A program made the translations under genes and the position numbers. From the IMG/VR virus record IMGVR_UViG_3300025389_000038, positions 1 through 41,730 of that record: 41,730 nucleotides of DNA, one strand, 5' to 3'. Shown in pieces: positions 25,275 through 35,050 of this stretch. The first letter of the stretch is position 1. Each line of letters starts with the position of its first letter. Origin of the DNA: a virus (taxonomy: Duplodnaviria > Caudoviricetes). The notes under the pieces were generated by a model, which searched no databases, was not told the origin of the DNA, and saw nothing but the letters and a program-made list of their open reading frames with translations.

Positions 25275-25347
25275 GGCAGCTAGGTCTGTAGTGTGTGACC
25301 CCCACATTGCTCCCACCCCCAAAAAAATAATCTGTTTCTGGTAAACA

Positions 25348-25356
25348 TGCTATTAT
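25348..25356 (+). promoter_or_regulatory. Putative extended -10 promoter for the packaging/late arm
   Basis: TGcTATTAT upstream of the first + strand gene. Confidence 0.4.
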
Positions 25357-25385
25357 TGGGTTATTGGACTATAAGGGGATATAGA

Positions 25386-25604
25386 ATGTTAGAGATAAGT
25401 GTAGAGCGTAGAGTGCCTATGCCTGCTTTGCGGCGGGTATATGCGTATCCTTACGAGAGCATGGCTATAGGGGACAGTTTTACTGTGCCTAAGACGGACA
25501 GGGCGAAGGTGTTGAATGCCAACTACAGGGCATCCAAGAGGCTTGGCATACGGTTGCAGAGCAAGACTCAGGATGATGTAGTCAGAACATGGAGGGTTTC
25601 GTAA
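25386..25604 (+). CDS. Small putative DNA-binding protein
   Basis: YPYESMAIGDSFTVP..VRTWRV motif seen in small phage proteins; AAGGGG SD. Confidence 0.65.
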   Translation: MLEISVERRVPMPALRRVYAYPYESMAIGDSFTVPKTDRAKVLNANYRASKRLGIRLQSKTQDDVVRTWRVS

Positions 25605-25798
25605 TGACGAGTCTGCTGTGGTTAGAGGAAGATGAACTCAGGGCGATGTGTATTGCCTTGCTGGGTCAACTCGCCACGGCTAAGGACGTTATGGACGAGG
25701 TATACGCCTATGGATACAAACAAGGATTTGCAACAGGACTTGCTCAACTCACGCATTCGTCTGAAAAAAGAGATGCAGAGGGCATTGTCTTGCATTAG
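25604..25798 (+). CDS. Hypothetical protein
   Basis: GGAGG SD; TAATG coupling; YAYGYKQG motif. Confidence 0.55.
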   Translation: MTSLLWLEEDELRAMCIALLGQLATAKDVMDEVYAYGYKQGFATGLAQLTHSSEKRDAEGIVLH

Positions 25799-25934
25799 TC
25801 CGGCTTCTAAACGGGCGTTGGCTCGTGAGTGGGAGGACAAGTACTCAGCAATCTTCTACAAAGAGTTGATTGCCTGTGCCAAGAATAGGGTTGTGGCGAC
25901 TACCATAGCTGATTGGAACTTGGAGAAGATGTAA
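25710..25934 (+). CDS. Hypothetical protein
   Basis: GAGG SD; TAATG coupling to next gene. Confidence 0.5.
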   Translation: MDTNKDLQQDLLNSRIRLKKEMQRALSCISPASKRALAREWEDKYSAIFYKELIACAKNRVVATTIADWNLEKM

Positions 25935-26374
25935 TGGCAAACGGTAACCAACAGGCTATGCTGGATTTGATTCGCCGCCAGCAGTACGAAAAGCAACGAC
26001 AAGAGTTGTTGAAGCGCAATATGGCATACGCTCATCCTGATTGGCAAAGTCAGATGGCTAAATTGTCTCCAGAGCAAGAACAGGCGTTCCAGCAATGGGT
26101 GCAAGCCAACAATGTTCCGTTCAACCCTAAAGACAAATACCCTGATTACGACATGCGTGGGTATTACTTGTCTTTGCAAAAGGGTGGCGCTCCGCAGGCG
26201 ACAGTCAATCCTATAGACAAGCAATTACATTACCCAGATACTTTTAAAACCCCATACCATGAGTCGTTTAGTAACGAGTCACAGTGGGCTACTAATGGCG
26301 CTCCGTCGTGGCAAGGGGAAAAATTAGTCTCACCCAAAGGGGAAGTAATTTATGAGACTAAGCCCGAACAATGA
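25934..26374 (+). CDS. Hypothetical protein immediately upstream of terminase
   Basis: GGAG SD; DYDMRGYY and HYPDTFKTPYHESFSNESQW motifs; ATGA overlap with terL. Confidence 0.65.
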   Translation: MANGNQQAMLDLIRRQQYEKQRQELLKRNMAYAHPDWQSQMAKLSPEQEQAFQQWVQANNVPFNPKDKYPDYDMRGYYLSLQKGGAPQATVNPIDKQLHYPDTFKTPYHESFSNESQWATNGAPSWQGEKLVSPKGEVIYETKPEQ

Positions 26375-28122
26375 AATTTGATCTACAGAAGTTCTACCGC
26401 TTTTGTGCGGCACTCAAGATTGAGTCAAAAGAAGACGGCCTGATACCGATGGCAAAGCCGTTGGGAACTCAGACATATGTGATGGAAGAAATTGCCAAGG
26501 GGTTAAAAGATGACGTTCATTTCTTTGTCATTCTCAAAGGCCGTCAACTGGGTATCACAACAATATCGCTCGCTCTCGACCTCTACTGGCAATTTACTCA
26601 CCCCGGCTGGCAGGGTACGCTGGTGGCAGATACAGAAGAAAACCGAGACATGTTTCGTTCAACTCTGGGTATGTACCTCGAAGGTCTCCCCAAAGAGTAC
26701 AAGATTCCTCTCGTTGCCCACAACCGAAATCAAATGGTTCTCAAAAACCGTTCCCGGATTTTCTACCAGATTGCTGGAAACAAATCTCGTCTGGGGCAGG
26801 GCAAGGCTATTACTTACCTTCACGGTACAGAGACTGCCTCATGGGGAAACGAAGAAGGTCTCGCTTCCCTTCTAGCCTCTCTTGCTGAGAAAAACCCTGA
26901 GCGGCTCTACATGTTTGAGTCCACGGCGCAAGGCTTCAACATGTTCCACGATATGTACAAGACCGCCAAGTTTGCCAAGACGCAACGAGCCATCTTCTGC
27001 GGCTGGTGGCGCAACGAGTACTACTCGCTCGATGCCAACTCCTCCATGTACAAAACGTACTGGGACGGCAAGTTGACCGGCGAGGAAAAAGAGTGGGTGA
27101 AGGAAATTAAGAAACTCTACGGCGTGGAAATCAACTCACGCCAGATGGCATGGTGGCGCTGGAAGATGGCTGAAGGCATCAAAGATGAGAGCCTGATGTA
27201 CCAAGAGTTCCCACCCACAGAAGACTATGCCTTTGTGATGACCGGCACTTCTTTCTTCTCCAACAGCCGTTGCACAGAAGCTGCCAAGGTTGCCAAGAAA
27301 AGAACACCTGACTGCTACCGGTATGTGTTTGGACAGAACTTCCAAGACACAGAGGTGCTGCGCTCTACAGAGAGGCTGGGGACGCTGCGTGTGTGGGAAG
27401 AACCTGTCGATCAAGGCTACTACGTCATTGGCGCAGACCCTGCCTACGGCTCTAGCGATTGGGCTGATCGCTTTGTCATCCAAGTGTTTCGCTGCTACGC
27501 AGATGGCCTCGATCAAGTGGCTGAGTTTGCAACCGCTGATCTCAACACCTACCAGTTTGCGTGGGTGATCGCTCACTTAGCCGGCGCGTACAAAAACTCC
27601 ACCATGAACTTGGAAGTGAATGGTCCGGGTCAAAACGTGCTGGCTGAAATACGCCGCATCCGCAGCCAAGCCACCGCCACCAGCGGTCAGATGGGCAAAG
27701 ACTTGCGAGATGTGCTGGGCAGTATGCAAAACTACATCTGGCGCAAACTCGACAACATGGGTGGCATCTCCAACTCTATTGGTTTTATGACAACACATCA
27801 AACCAAAGAGCGGATGATGAACTACATGAAAGACTTTTTTGAGCGCGGCATGATGAACATCTACAGCATGGACTTGCTGGAGGAGATGAAAACCATCGTG
27901 CGTGAAGACGGCTTCTTGGGCGCTCCCGGACGCAGCAAGGATGACAGGGTAATTGCAACTGCTTTGGCTACCGTGGCGTGGGCAGAGCAGGTACAGCCTC
28001 GTCTGATTGCCAACTACGTCACCCGCGAGAAGCAGGCCAAAGACGCAGAAACCTCAGATCAAGACATGTACGTGGGCAAAGTGGCAGCAAACTATTTGGC
28101 AAAAATAGGACTCAGACAATGA
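26371..28122 (+). CDS. terL: Terminase large subunit
   Basis: Walker A ILKGRQLGITT, Walker B-like YLHGTE, ESTAQG coupling motif, nuclease YVIGADPA, EVNGPG, DDRVIA. Confidence 0.92.
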   Translation: MKFDLQKFYRFCAALKIESKEDGLIPMAKPLGTQTYVMEEIAKGLKDDVHFFVILKGRQLGITTISLALDLYWQFTHPGWQGTLVADTEENRDMFRSTLGMYLEGLPKEYKIPLVAHNRNQMVLKNRSRIFYQIAGNKSRLGQGKAITYLHGTETASWGNEEGLASLLASLAEKNPERLYMFESTAQGFNMFHDMYKTAKFAKTQRAIFCGWWRNEYYSLDANSSMYKTYWDGKLTGEEKEWVKEIKKLYGVEINSRQMAWWRWKMAEGIKDESLMYQEFPPTEDYAFVMTGTSFFSNSRCTEAAKVAKKRTPDCYRYVFGQNFQDTEVLRSTERLGTLRVWEEPVDQGYYVIGADPAYGSSDWADRFVIQVFRCYADGLDQVAEFATADLNTYQFAWVIAHLAGAYKNSTMNLEVNGPGQNVLAEIRRIRSQATATSGQMGKDLRDVLGSMQNYIWRKLDNMGGISNSIGFMTTHQTKERMMNYMKDFFERGMMNIYSMDLLEEMKTIVREDGFLGAPGRSKDDRVIATALATVAWAEQVQPRLIANYVTREKQAKDAETSDQDMYVGKVAANYLAKIGLRQ

Positions 28123-28499
28123 CACCGTTGACAAAAGATGAACTCAAACGTCAAATCCGCAAATTCTTGATTGACGGCGACAGAGGCATCTCTCACAAAA
28201 TGTTTGCCGAGTTGTGCGGCATCAACGTAGACCACATGCGTGATGTATTCATGTACAACAAAGCCCCGCTCACAGAGATGGTGCAAACACGAGTCAACCG
28301 TGGCTACCATTACTGGAAACAAGGCTTGGTGAGAACCATGCAGCGCAAAGATCGTACTGTGTACGTGGACTACAGAAAAGAAGCCAAACCGGTGTTTGCG
28401 CCCAAGTACGGGCTGCAAGTCAAAGACGGCAAGATTGTGATGCGTATCGGCATGGTCAACCGATATGACTATTCTGAACGTGACCTACAGGGGAATTGA
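28119..28499 (+). CDS. Hypothetical protein, possible HTH
   Basis: ATGA coupling; ISHKMFAELCGINVDHMRDV resembles an HTH. Confidence 0.55.
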   Translation: MTPLTKDELKRQIRKFLIDGDRGISHKMFAELCGINVDHMRDVFMYNKAPLTEMVQTRVNRGYHYWKQGLVRTMQRKDRTVYVDYRKEAKPVFAPKYGLQVKDGKIVMRIGMVNRYDYSERDLQGN

Positions 28500-28500
28500 A

Positions 28501-28926
28501 ATGGCAGTTTTACACGATTACAAATGTTTGGCGCACGGCTACTTTGAGGCGTGGGAGCCGAGATGCAAACACGGATGCGAAGGCGAGTCCATCGTCAAAG
28601 TATTCCTGCAACCAGTGGGTATGCGCTCTGACAGCACCCGTCATGCCGACACGACCCTCAAAGGTCTTGCCAGCGAATACAACATGACCGACATCAAATC
28701 GACCCGCGAGGGTGAAGCGCAGCCTGCAAGATTTGCGCCAGCACAGCAACAAAACCCGTATGCCGTGCAATGGGCAAACCCGAACCAGATTGCCGGCTAC
28801 AACACCGCACCTATCAAAGACGAGTCTGTGAACGGTTTACAACTTGCCAAACAAACAGGTAAGATTGACACATTACGTCCTTCCGTGGTTAGACATGACC
28901 ACGAAAACCTATCCATTCAGAAGTGA
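28501..28926 (+). CDS. Zinc-ribbon (FmdB-like) protein
   Basis: HDYKCLAHGYFE..RCKHGC. Confidence 0.55.
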   Translation: MAVLHDYKCLAHGYFEAWEPRCKHGCEGESIVKVFLQPVGMRSDSTRHADTTLKGLASEYNMTDIKSTREGEAQPARFAPAQQQNPYAVQWANPNQIAGYNTAPIKDESVNGLQLAKQTGKIDTLRPSVVRHDHENLSIQK

Positions 28927-28934
28927 CCTGACCT

Positions 28935-30563
28935 ATGCGTATTCCAGAACAAGCCGATGCACGAGAAGCCTTCTACATTGATACGATGACCAAGTGCATG
29001 GTCTCGCTGGACTATCGCAAGATTCAGTACGACAAACTCAAATGCTTTTTTCTGTTTGGCGCATCACCGGATGACCCTCCTGCGTTGTACAACAAGATTG
29101 CCCCGCACATTGACCAGCTAAATTCGTTCCTGTACTCATCTGAGACCACACGGTTTAGCATCAACATCGGGGCTTCTGTTGACAAATCAGAACACACCAA
29201 GATACCCGTACTTACCCGCGCTCTCAACGACGAGTGGTTAAATAGCAACACCGACCAAGTGTTCTCTACGGCAATCAACTGGTCTCTGGTCTACAACTCT
29301 ACGTTTGTCAAAGTCGTGATGGGCAAGGCCGGCAGCATCCACCCTTACGTCATCGAGCCTGCAACCATCGGCGTGCTGCGCGAAGACTTGCCATACTCAG
29401 ATCGCCAAGAGGCCATCTGCCACAAGTACTACATGACCAAAAGTGAGTTGTACACCCGCTTGTACAGCCACCCGCAACGTGACAGTATCTTGCGCCGAGT
29501 CTTTGAAGCACCCAAGCCTACAGAGGAAACGCCCAACGCCATGAATCGTCTGGCGTTCTCGCAGACCATGCCCACCATCACCGGCAACGTGGCGCTCTCT
29601 TTGGAGAGCATGTCTCGTTACCAAGCCATCGTTGGTGAGCAAGTTGTCGAAATGTACGAGTTGTGGGTGTGGAACGATGACACGCAAGATTACCAAGTTG
29701 TCACGATGGCAAACCCAGACGTTGTGATCTATGACCGCTCTGGTGAAAGCATGTTCTTGAAAGGCGAATGCCCGTTCGTCCAAATCTGTCCCAGCCCACT
29801 CTACGACTACTTCTGGGGTCAGAGTGAAGTTGAAAAACTTATTTATTTACAAGAACTTAGAACAAAACGTGTTGGTGAAATCTCGATGTTGCTTGCCAAG
29901 CAAGTCAACCCACCCAAAGCAGCCAGCGGCTTTATGGGCATCACCGACGAGAAAATGTTTGCGCTTAACAGCCCAAGCAGTTTTATTTTGTCTGACACAC
30001 CCGGCGGCAAGATTGAAGAACTTGCGCCCAAGATGCCAGAGGACTTGTTTAAAGAGATTGCCGAGATTGATGCCATGTTTGCCGAGGCCAGCGGTATCTC
30101 GTCCGTGTTGCAAGGCCGTGGCGAGACAGGTGTTCGCTCTGCCGGTCACGCATCACAACTGGCAAGATTAGGTTCTAGCCGCGCCAAAAAACGTGCGCTC
30201 ATCATTGAAGACAGTCTGGAAAAACTTGCCACTCTGTATCTCAAACTCATGCAAGCGTATGACGAGACACGCTACCAAGACGAGAAGGGCATGGCTTTCA
30301 TTGCCGAGCAGTTCACGCAGGACTACGTGGTGAAAGTGGACGCTCACTCCAATTCGCCAATCTTCATGGAAGACAGCCGCGACTTGGCATTCAAGTTGTT
30401 TGAGGCCAAAGTCATTGACAAGAAACGTCTGATTGACTTGGTTGACCCACCCATGAAACAATTGCTCAAAGATGATCTTGAGAACGAGGAAAAGAAGGCC
30501 GCACAACAGCCGCCACAACCTCCGCAACAAGAGCAAAAGCAACAACCTAAAAAGGCTGCATAA
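28935..30563 (+). CDS. Portal protein
   Basis: 542 aa between terminase and scaffold/capsid genes; YNKIAPHID, CPFVQ..YFWG.SEV, EASGISSVLQG, Q/P-rich tail. Confidence 0.8.
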   Translation: MRIPEQADAREAFYIDTMTKCMVSLDYRKIQYDKLKCFFLFGASPDDPPALYNKIAPHIDQLNSFLYSSETTRFSINIGASVDKSEHTKIPVLTRALNDEWLNSNTDQVFSTAINWSLVYNSTFVKVVMGKAGSIHPYVIEPATIGVLREDLPYSDRQEAICHKYYMTKSELYTRLYSHPQRDSILRRVFEAPKPTEETPNAMNRLAFSQTMPTITGNVALSLESMSRYQAIVGEQVVEMYELWVWNDDTQDYQVVTMANPDVVIYDRSGESMFLKGECPFVQICPSPLYDYFWGQSEVEKLIYLQELRTKRVGEISMLLAKQVNPPKAASGFMGITDEKMFALNSPSSFILSDTPGGKIEELAPKMPEDLFKEIAEIDAMFAEASGISSVLQGRGETGVRSAGHASQLARLGSSRAKKRALIIEDSLEKLATLYLKLMQAYDETRYQDEKGMAFIAEQFTQDYVVKVDAHSNSPIFMEDSRDLAFKLFEAKVIDKKRLIDLVDPPMKQLLKDDLENEEKKAAQQPPQPPQQEQKQQPKKAA

Positions 30564-30724
30564 TGGCATCAAATCAAAGTTTTACTGGGCGGGTGAGTAA
30601 CCCAAACAACGAACCTCGCTACGTTGGCGACAAAGGTGTTGCACGTAAAAGCCAAATGTCGTATAAACGCAGTAACTTGAGTGGGCAGACCAAACGGGAT
30701 ACTCGCTCAGAAAAGAGATCGTAA
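30563..30724 (+). CDS. 53-aa basic protein (not in ORF track)
   Basis: TAATG coupling to portal; MASNQSFTGRVSNPNNEPRYVGDKGVARKSQMSYKRS... Confidence 0.5.
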   Translation: MASNQSFTGRVSNPNNEPRYVGDKGVARKSQMSYKRSNLSGQTKRDTRSEKRS

Positions 30725-30798
30725 GAATTCGGGTAGAACCGGGTAGGGTATGGCTGCATTCCCTTTTAAATGTGGCCGCTGTTTAAGGAGTCAGTAAA

Positions 30799-30846
30799 AT
30801 GGCACGTAAAGCACGCAAAGGTATGCGCAAATCTAAACGCAAGTAA
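30799..30846 (+). CDS. 15-aa highly basic peptide MARKARKGMRKSKRK
   Basis: TAAGGAG SD 8 nt upstream; TAA stop. Confidence 0.55.
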   Translation: MARKARKGMRKSKRK

Positions 30847-30935
30847 TCATCCGCAAGGACGATCATTTGCTTAGATGCAACCCAGCATTGGTGGTTGGCT
30901 GAACACCTAACCACCGCCTATTTAAAGGAATTGGT

Positions 30936-31370
30936 ATGCCGATGGACAAGATGATGGAGTTAATTCAACAGGGTCAAGCCCCTGAGAATACTGACATTCC
31001 TGCTCCCGCTTCTGCTGGCGCAGGACCTGACGCTTCTACTCCTCCAATGGGTTCACCCATGTCTACCCCAGAACCCAAAATGGGAAGCAAGGCAGCAGCC
31101 AACATCAACATTCAGATGGCGATGGATTTGCTAGAGCAATCTTTGCCAGCGCTGGGTAGCGAAACAGAAGAAGGCCAACAGATTATGAAATCGTTGTCCT
31201 CCTTGCACAAAATGTTTGGCAAACGCGAGGCTAAAAACCGCGAACTCATGCCAGCAGAAATTTTGCAGATGATTCAAACCCTGCCGCAAGCAGGTGGTGC
31301 GTCACCAGAGCAAAGAAGCATCGCCCAAGCACCTGTGCCGGGTATGCAACAACCTCCACTCCCAATGTAA
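30936..31370 (+). CDS. Pro/Met/Gln-rich head-region protein
   Basis: AAAGGA SD; lies between portal and scaffold. Confidence 0.65.
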   Translation: MPMDKMMELIQQGQAPENTDIPAPASAGAGPDASTPPMGSPMSTPEPKMGSKAAANINIQMAMDLLEQSLPALGSETEEGQQIMKSLSSLHKMFGKREAKNRELMPAEILQMIQTLPQAGGASPEQRSIAQAPVPGMQQPPLPM

Positions 31371-31379
31371 GGAAACATC

Positions 31380-31574
31380 ATGGACGTTTTTAAACCCCGT
31401 GGCTCTTTGCCCATCCGCAAACCCACCGACAACAACATGCAACACGGTCAAGTGTTCAACCCACCACGCTTTTCGGAGATTGGTGGCGGCAAAGATGGTA
31501 CTGCCATCAACAGCCGTATGTACAAGAACAAGATGACGCTGGAAAAACCCGGCGGCACTAAAAAAGTCATCTAA
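31380..31574 (+). CDS. Hypothetical head-region protein
   Basis: AAGGA SD; FKPRG..NPPRF motif. Confidence 0.6.
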   Translation: MDVFKPRGSLPIRKPTDNNMQHGQVFNPPRFSEIGGGKDGTAINSRMYKNKMTLEKPGGTKKVI

Positions 31575-31592
31575 TAAACAAAGGGGATAAGT

Positions 31593-32123
31593 ATGTCTTT
31601 AGAAAATCAATCTTACGAAGAACGCGACGAGTTGGCGCGGTTGGCACTCCAGTTGTCACAAAATCCTGCCACTCGCACGGAATTCATGCGAATGACCAAA
31701 CAGGTTCGCCCAGATGTGGCGCTGCCTGAATTGGAAATTGAAGATCGCGTCAATAAACACTTCACGGCCTCGCAACAAAAAATTGCATCGCTGGAAGCAA
31801 AGTTGGCAGAGCGTGACGCAATGGACAACTTGGAATCTCGCAGAAAAAGTTTGCTGGAAAAAGGTTTGGTTCAGTCCAAAGATGAAGTCCAGCAAGTTGA
31901 AAAATTGATGCTCGACAAAGGCATTACTAATCACGAAGCAGCAGCCGAGTATCATAATTTTATGAAACAGGCTGCTGTTCCTACACCTACTGGCTACAAT
32001 CCCAACCCAATGCGGCAGTTTGACCTCAAGGCGTTCCACAAGAACCCTGTGCAAGCTGCTCGTGATGTTGCGGCTGAGTCGCTACGTGAGTTTCGCAAAC
32101 CTACACGACCAATTGGTCTGTAA
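31593..32123 (+). CDS. Putative capsid scaffolding protein
   Basis: Helical, charged protein directly upstream of the major capsid gene. Confidence 0.6.
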   Translation: MSLENQSYEERDELARLALQLSQNPATRTEFMRMTKQVRPDVALPELEIEDRVNKHFTASQQKIASLEAKLAERDAMDNLESRRKSLLEKGLVQSKDEVQQVEKLMLDKGITNHEAAAEYHNFMKQAAVPTPTGYNPNPMRQFDLKAFHKNPVQAARDVAAESLREFRKPTRPIGL

Positions 32124-32165
32124 GGTCAAGGTTAACAACAGGGGATTTTTTTCTAGGAGTCTTTC

Positions 32166-33182
32166 ATGGCTATTGGTGGCGGCATCATTCCGAGTACTGG
32201 CTCTGCCCAGTACACCGAACTTTCCTACGTAACCCGTCGGGCGTTCATTCCTAAGTTGGTTGTGCAACTGTACAACTCAACTCCCCTGTTGGCAGCATTG
32301 TTGTCCAACTCACAACAAGCCTCTGGTGGTGTGTCATCCGTGACCGCTCCCGTCCAAGGCTCACAGATGATTACATCGCAATGGTCTGATTACAGCGGCT
32401 CGTTCGCTCAACCATCAGTTCAAGTCGGTGTGACCAACGCTGAATACAACTTGAAGTTGATGATTGCTCCCGTGCCGTTCCTCGGCATGGAAGGTGCAGT
32501 CCAACAAGACTACGCTGTTATTCCTCTGATTGAGGCTCGTATGAACGATGCCACAAACAGCATGATGGACAGCATGGCTACCGCTCTGTACAACAACACG
32601 ACCAACAACCAACAGTTCATTGGTTTGCCCGGCGCTATTGATGACGGTACAACCCTTGCCACATACGGCAACATCAACCGTACCAACAACACATGGTGGA
32701 AATCAAAACTCTACTCTGCTGGTACTGTTAACCCAACTCGTCAAAACTTGTTGCAATACATCAGCGGTACTGTCAAAAACGCTGCTGAAGTCCCAACATT
32801 CGGCGTGTGCGGTTTTGGTACATGGACTCTGTTGGCTCAAGACTTTGTTGGTCAAGAGTCTTACGTCATCACACCCGGTAAAGGTGTTGGCTTTGACGCA
32901 GACGCAGATGGTCCTCAATCTGGCTTCCGCGCCTTGATGGTTGCTGGTGTGCCAATCTATCCAGACCCATACTGCCCAGAAGGTACTGTGTACTTGCTCA
33001 ATAGCAACTACATGTCTCTCTACATCCACGAACAAGGTTCGTTCGCATTCACAGGATTTGAGTCAACTTTGGCTAACTTCCAAGTCGGTTATGTCGGCGC
33101 TGTGTTGACAATTGCCGAACTGGTGGTCACAAAACCAAAAGCCATGACGAAAGTTACTGGTTACAACTCATTGACCATCTAA
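32166..33182 (+). CDS. Major capsid protein
   Basis: 338 aa; AGGAG SD; GLPGAIDDG..YGNINR..WW, GFRALMVAGVPIYPDPYCP..YLLN motifs; synteny. Confidence 0.85.
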   Translation: MAIGGGIIPSTGSAQYTELSYVTRRAFIPKLVVQLYNSTPLLAALLSNSQQASGGVSSVTAPVQGSQMITSQWSDYSGSFAQPSVQVGVTNAEYNLKLMIAPVPFLGMEGAVQQDYAVIPLIEARMNDATNSMMDSMATALYNNTTNNQQFIGLPGAIDDGTTLATYGNINRTNNTWWKSKLYSAGTVNPTRQNLLQYISGTVKNAAEVPTFGVCGFGTWTLLAQDFVGQESYVITPGKGVGFDADADGPQSGFRALMVAGVPIYPDPYCPEGTVYLLNSNYMSLYIHEQGSFAFTGFESTLANFQVGYVGAVLTIAELVVTKPKAMTKVTGYNSLTI

Positions 33183-33192
33183 GGAGTAATTC

Positions 33193-34299
33193 ATGTTCAA
33201 TCAAATCGGTTTTGGCGCTCGCGGCACTAACTGGCCTGCAACACCAATCTCTCTCGCTTCTGGTCAGGTGTACACCGTCCCCAGCGGTCAATACTCTGTG
33301 AAACTTGGTCCATATACTGCCATTCAGCAGTTTGATGGCACTTCACAAACTTGGCGCACCAACGACACCACTACTCAATCTGGTCAAACTTTGATTTCGT
33401 CTGACGGTTACAACACCCGTTTGATAAACTTGACCGGTACTGTGGTCGGCGCTGTTATCACCACCGCTGGTAGCGGTTACACCAACGGCATCTACACTCC
33501 CGCTCAACAGTTGGGTACTGTAGCTGCTCCTTCTGTGACATTCGCAGCAGGTGGCGGTACTGTTACTGCTACCGGCAACGTGATTGTTGGCGGCGCTATC
33601 AACAGCACCATCACCATTACTACCGCTGGTACTAACTACACCAAAGCACCAATCATTGTGATCTCTGCTCCTCCTGCTGGCGGCGTTCCTGCTACTGCAA
33701 CTTGCACCATCTCTGGTGGCGCTATCAACGCAGTTACAGTTACCAACCAAGGCGCAGGCTACACAGTTGCTCCTACCGTGACCGTGGTTAACGCCAACGG
33801 CGACACTACTGGTTCTGGCGCTGTGTTGACAGTCAACTCGACTTTGGTCGGCTCTGGCACTATCACCGCCATCACAATGGCAAACAACGGTGCTGGTATG
33901 ACTTCCGTTCCTGCCATCACATTCAGCCCAGCATCAACAACTGCTGCTACCGCTGTGATGTGCTTGACAATGACCGGTATCTCTGGTGCATCTGGCGTGG
34001 GCTACACCAACGCTGCTGTTGCTCCTTTGTACGCAACATCGAACGTCACTGCTGGTACTGCCACATTGACCAACCCCAACATCTCTACAGGTATCTTTAC
34101 GCCTCGCGCTGCTTACGGTTACGCAACCAACACCAGCACCACAGCGTTCACAGGTACTTTGATTGACGGTGGTTTGCATCAAGTGGCTTCTGCCAACGTG
34201 GGCTTGTTGAGCCTCGGCGTGGCGTTGGGTACAACCAACTTCACATTGACCACAACATTCGGCGGCGCGACAGATTACGTTTATCTGCAAACCGTTTAA
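33193..34299 (+). CDS. Virion structural protein (head decoration/fibre-like)
   Basis: AAGGAG SD; repeated G.GYT.AP.V beta motifs; follows the capsid gene. Confidence 0.65.
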   Translation: MFNQIGFGARGTNWPATPISLASGQVYTVPSGQYSVKLGPYTAIQQFDGTSQTWRTNDTTTQSGQTLISSDGYNTRLINLTGTVVGAVITTAGSGYTNGIYTPAQQLGTVAAPSVTFAAGGGTVTATGNVIVGGAINSTITITTAGTNYTKAPIIVISAPPAGGVPATATCTISGGAINAVTVTNQGAGYTVAPTVTVVNANGDTTGSGAVLTVNSTLVGSGTITAITMANNGAGMTSVPAITFSPASTTAATAVMCLTMTGISGASGVGYTNAAVAPLYATSNVTAGTATLTNPNISTGIFTPRAAYGYATNTSTTAFTGTLIDGGLHQVASANVGLLSLGVALGTTNFTLTTTFGGATDYVYLQTV

Positions 34300-34311
34300 G
34301 GAGTCAAGAAC

Positions 34312-34707
34312 ATGGCTGCTTCTCGTGTTGCAAATAAATTGCCAAGTCAATTTGGTAGCATCCTGCTGGCTGTTGTTCCGTCGCTCAACTTGAATGCAAC
34401 AGGCGACACGCTTGTTGCTTTCGCCGATACTCCCACAAAGTTTCGGGTTCGTGCGATTGCAATGACCAACGGGTCTATCAACCCAACCACAGCACGTTTC
34501 ACCGTGCAGACCGCAGCTAACGCTGGTGGTACTGCCGTTGTGACTGCCGTGACTCCTTCTTTGGCTTCTGCCGCTGTTGTGCAAGATTTGTCGATTGCGT
34601 CCACAAACGCATTCTCACAATCTTATTTGTACATCAACGTGGGTACTGCACAAGGTGCAGCAGCTACTGTTGACTTGTACATTTACGGCGATATTTTGAC
34701 TGCTTAA
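34312..34707 (+). CDS. Virion structural protein
   Basis: AAGGAG SD; A/T/V-rich beta protein ending DLYIYGD. Confidence 0.6.
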   Translation: MAASRVANKLPSQFGSILLAVVPSLNLNATGDTLVAFADTPTKFRVRAIAMTNGSINPTTARFTVQTAANAGGTAVVTAVTPSLASAAVVQDLSIASTNAFSQSYLYINVGTAQGAAATVDLYIYGDILTA

Positions 34708-34708
34708 T

Positions 34709-35035
34709 ATGTGGGTAACAAACAACAGCGAACACGACCTCGTTGATGGCTTTGACGGCAAGCGCTATACGTTTGCCAAGGGCGTTCCCGTGGAAGTTCC
34801 ACCTGTTGTTTGCAACCATGTATTTGGGTATGGGGACGATAACAAGACCCCTTACCTGCAACGTCTTGGATGGATGACGCATAGCGGGGAATACGATAAG
34901 GCTCTTGAACGTCTTAACGCATTCTCGTTTTCGTCGAACCGTCCCAATGTCCACGTTCTATCCCCCGTGGTTGATGCAAAGCCAGTTCCTGCGCCTAATA
35001 AGCGTGGGGCTGGCAATGTACAAAAAGCCGCCTAA
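34709..35035 (+). CDS. Hypothetical structural-region protein
   Basis: ORF packed in operon. Confidence 0.6.
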   Translation: MWVTNNSEHDLVDGFDGKRYTFAKGVPVEVPPVVCNHVFGYGDDNKTPYLQRLGWMTHSGEYDKALERLNAFSFSSNRPNVHVLSPVVDAKPVPAPNKRGAGNVQKAA

Positions 35036-35050
35036 CATCATGGAGCATAA

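Noticed and set aside
33170-33200. Capsid read-through or frameshift into the next gene
   Set aside because: Clean TAA stop, no slippery sequence seen, and the next gene has its own AAGGAG SD.
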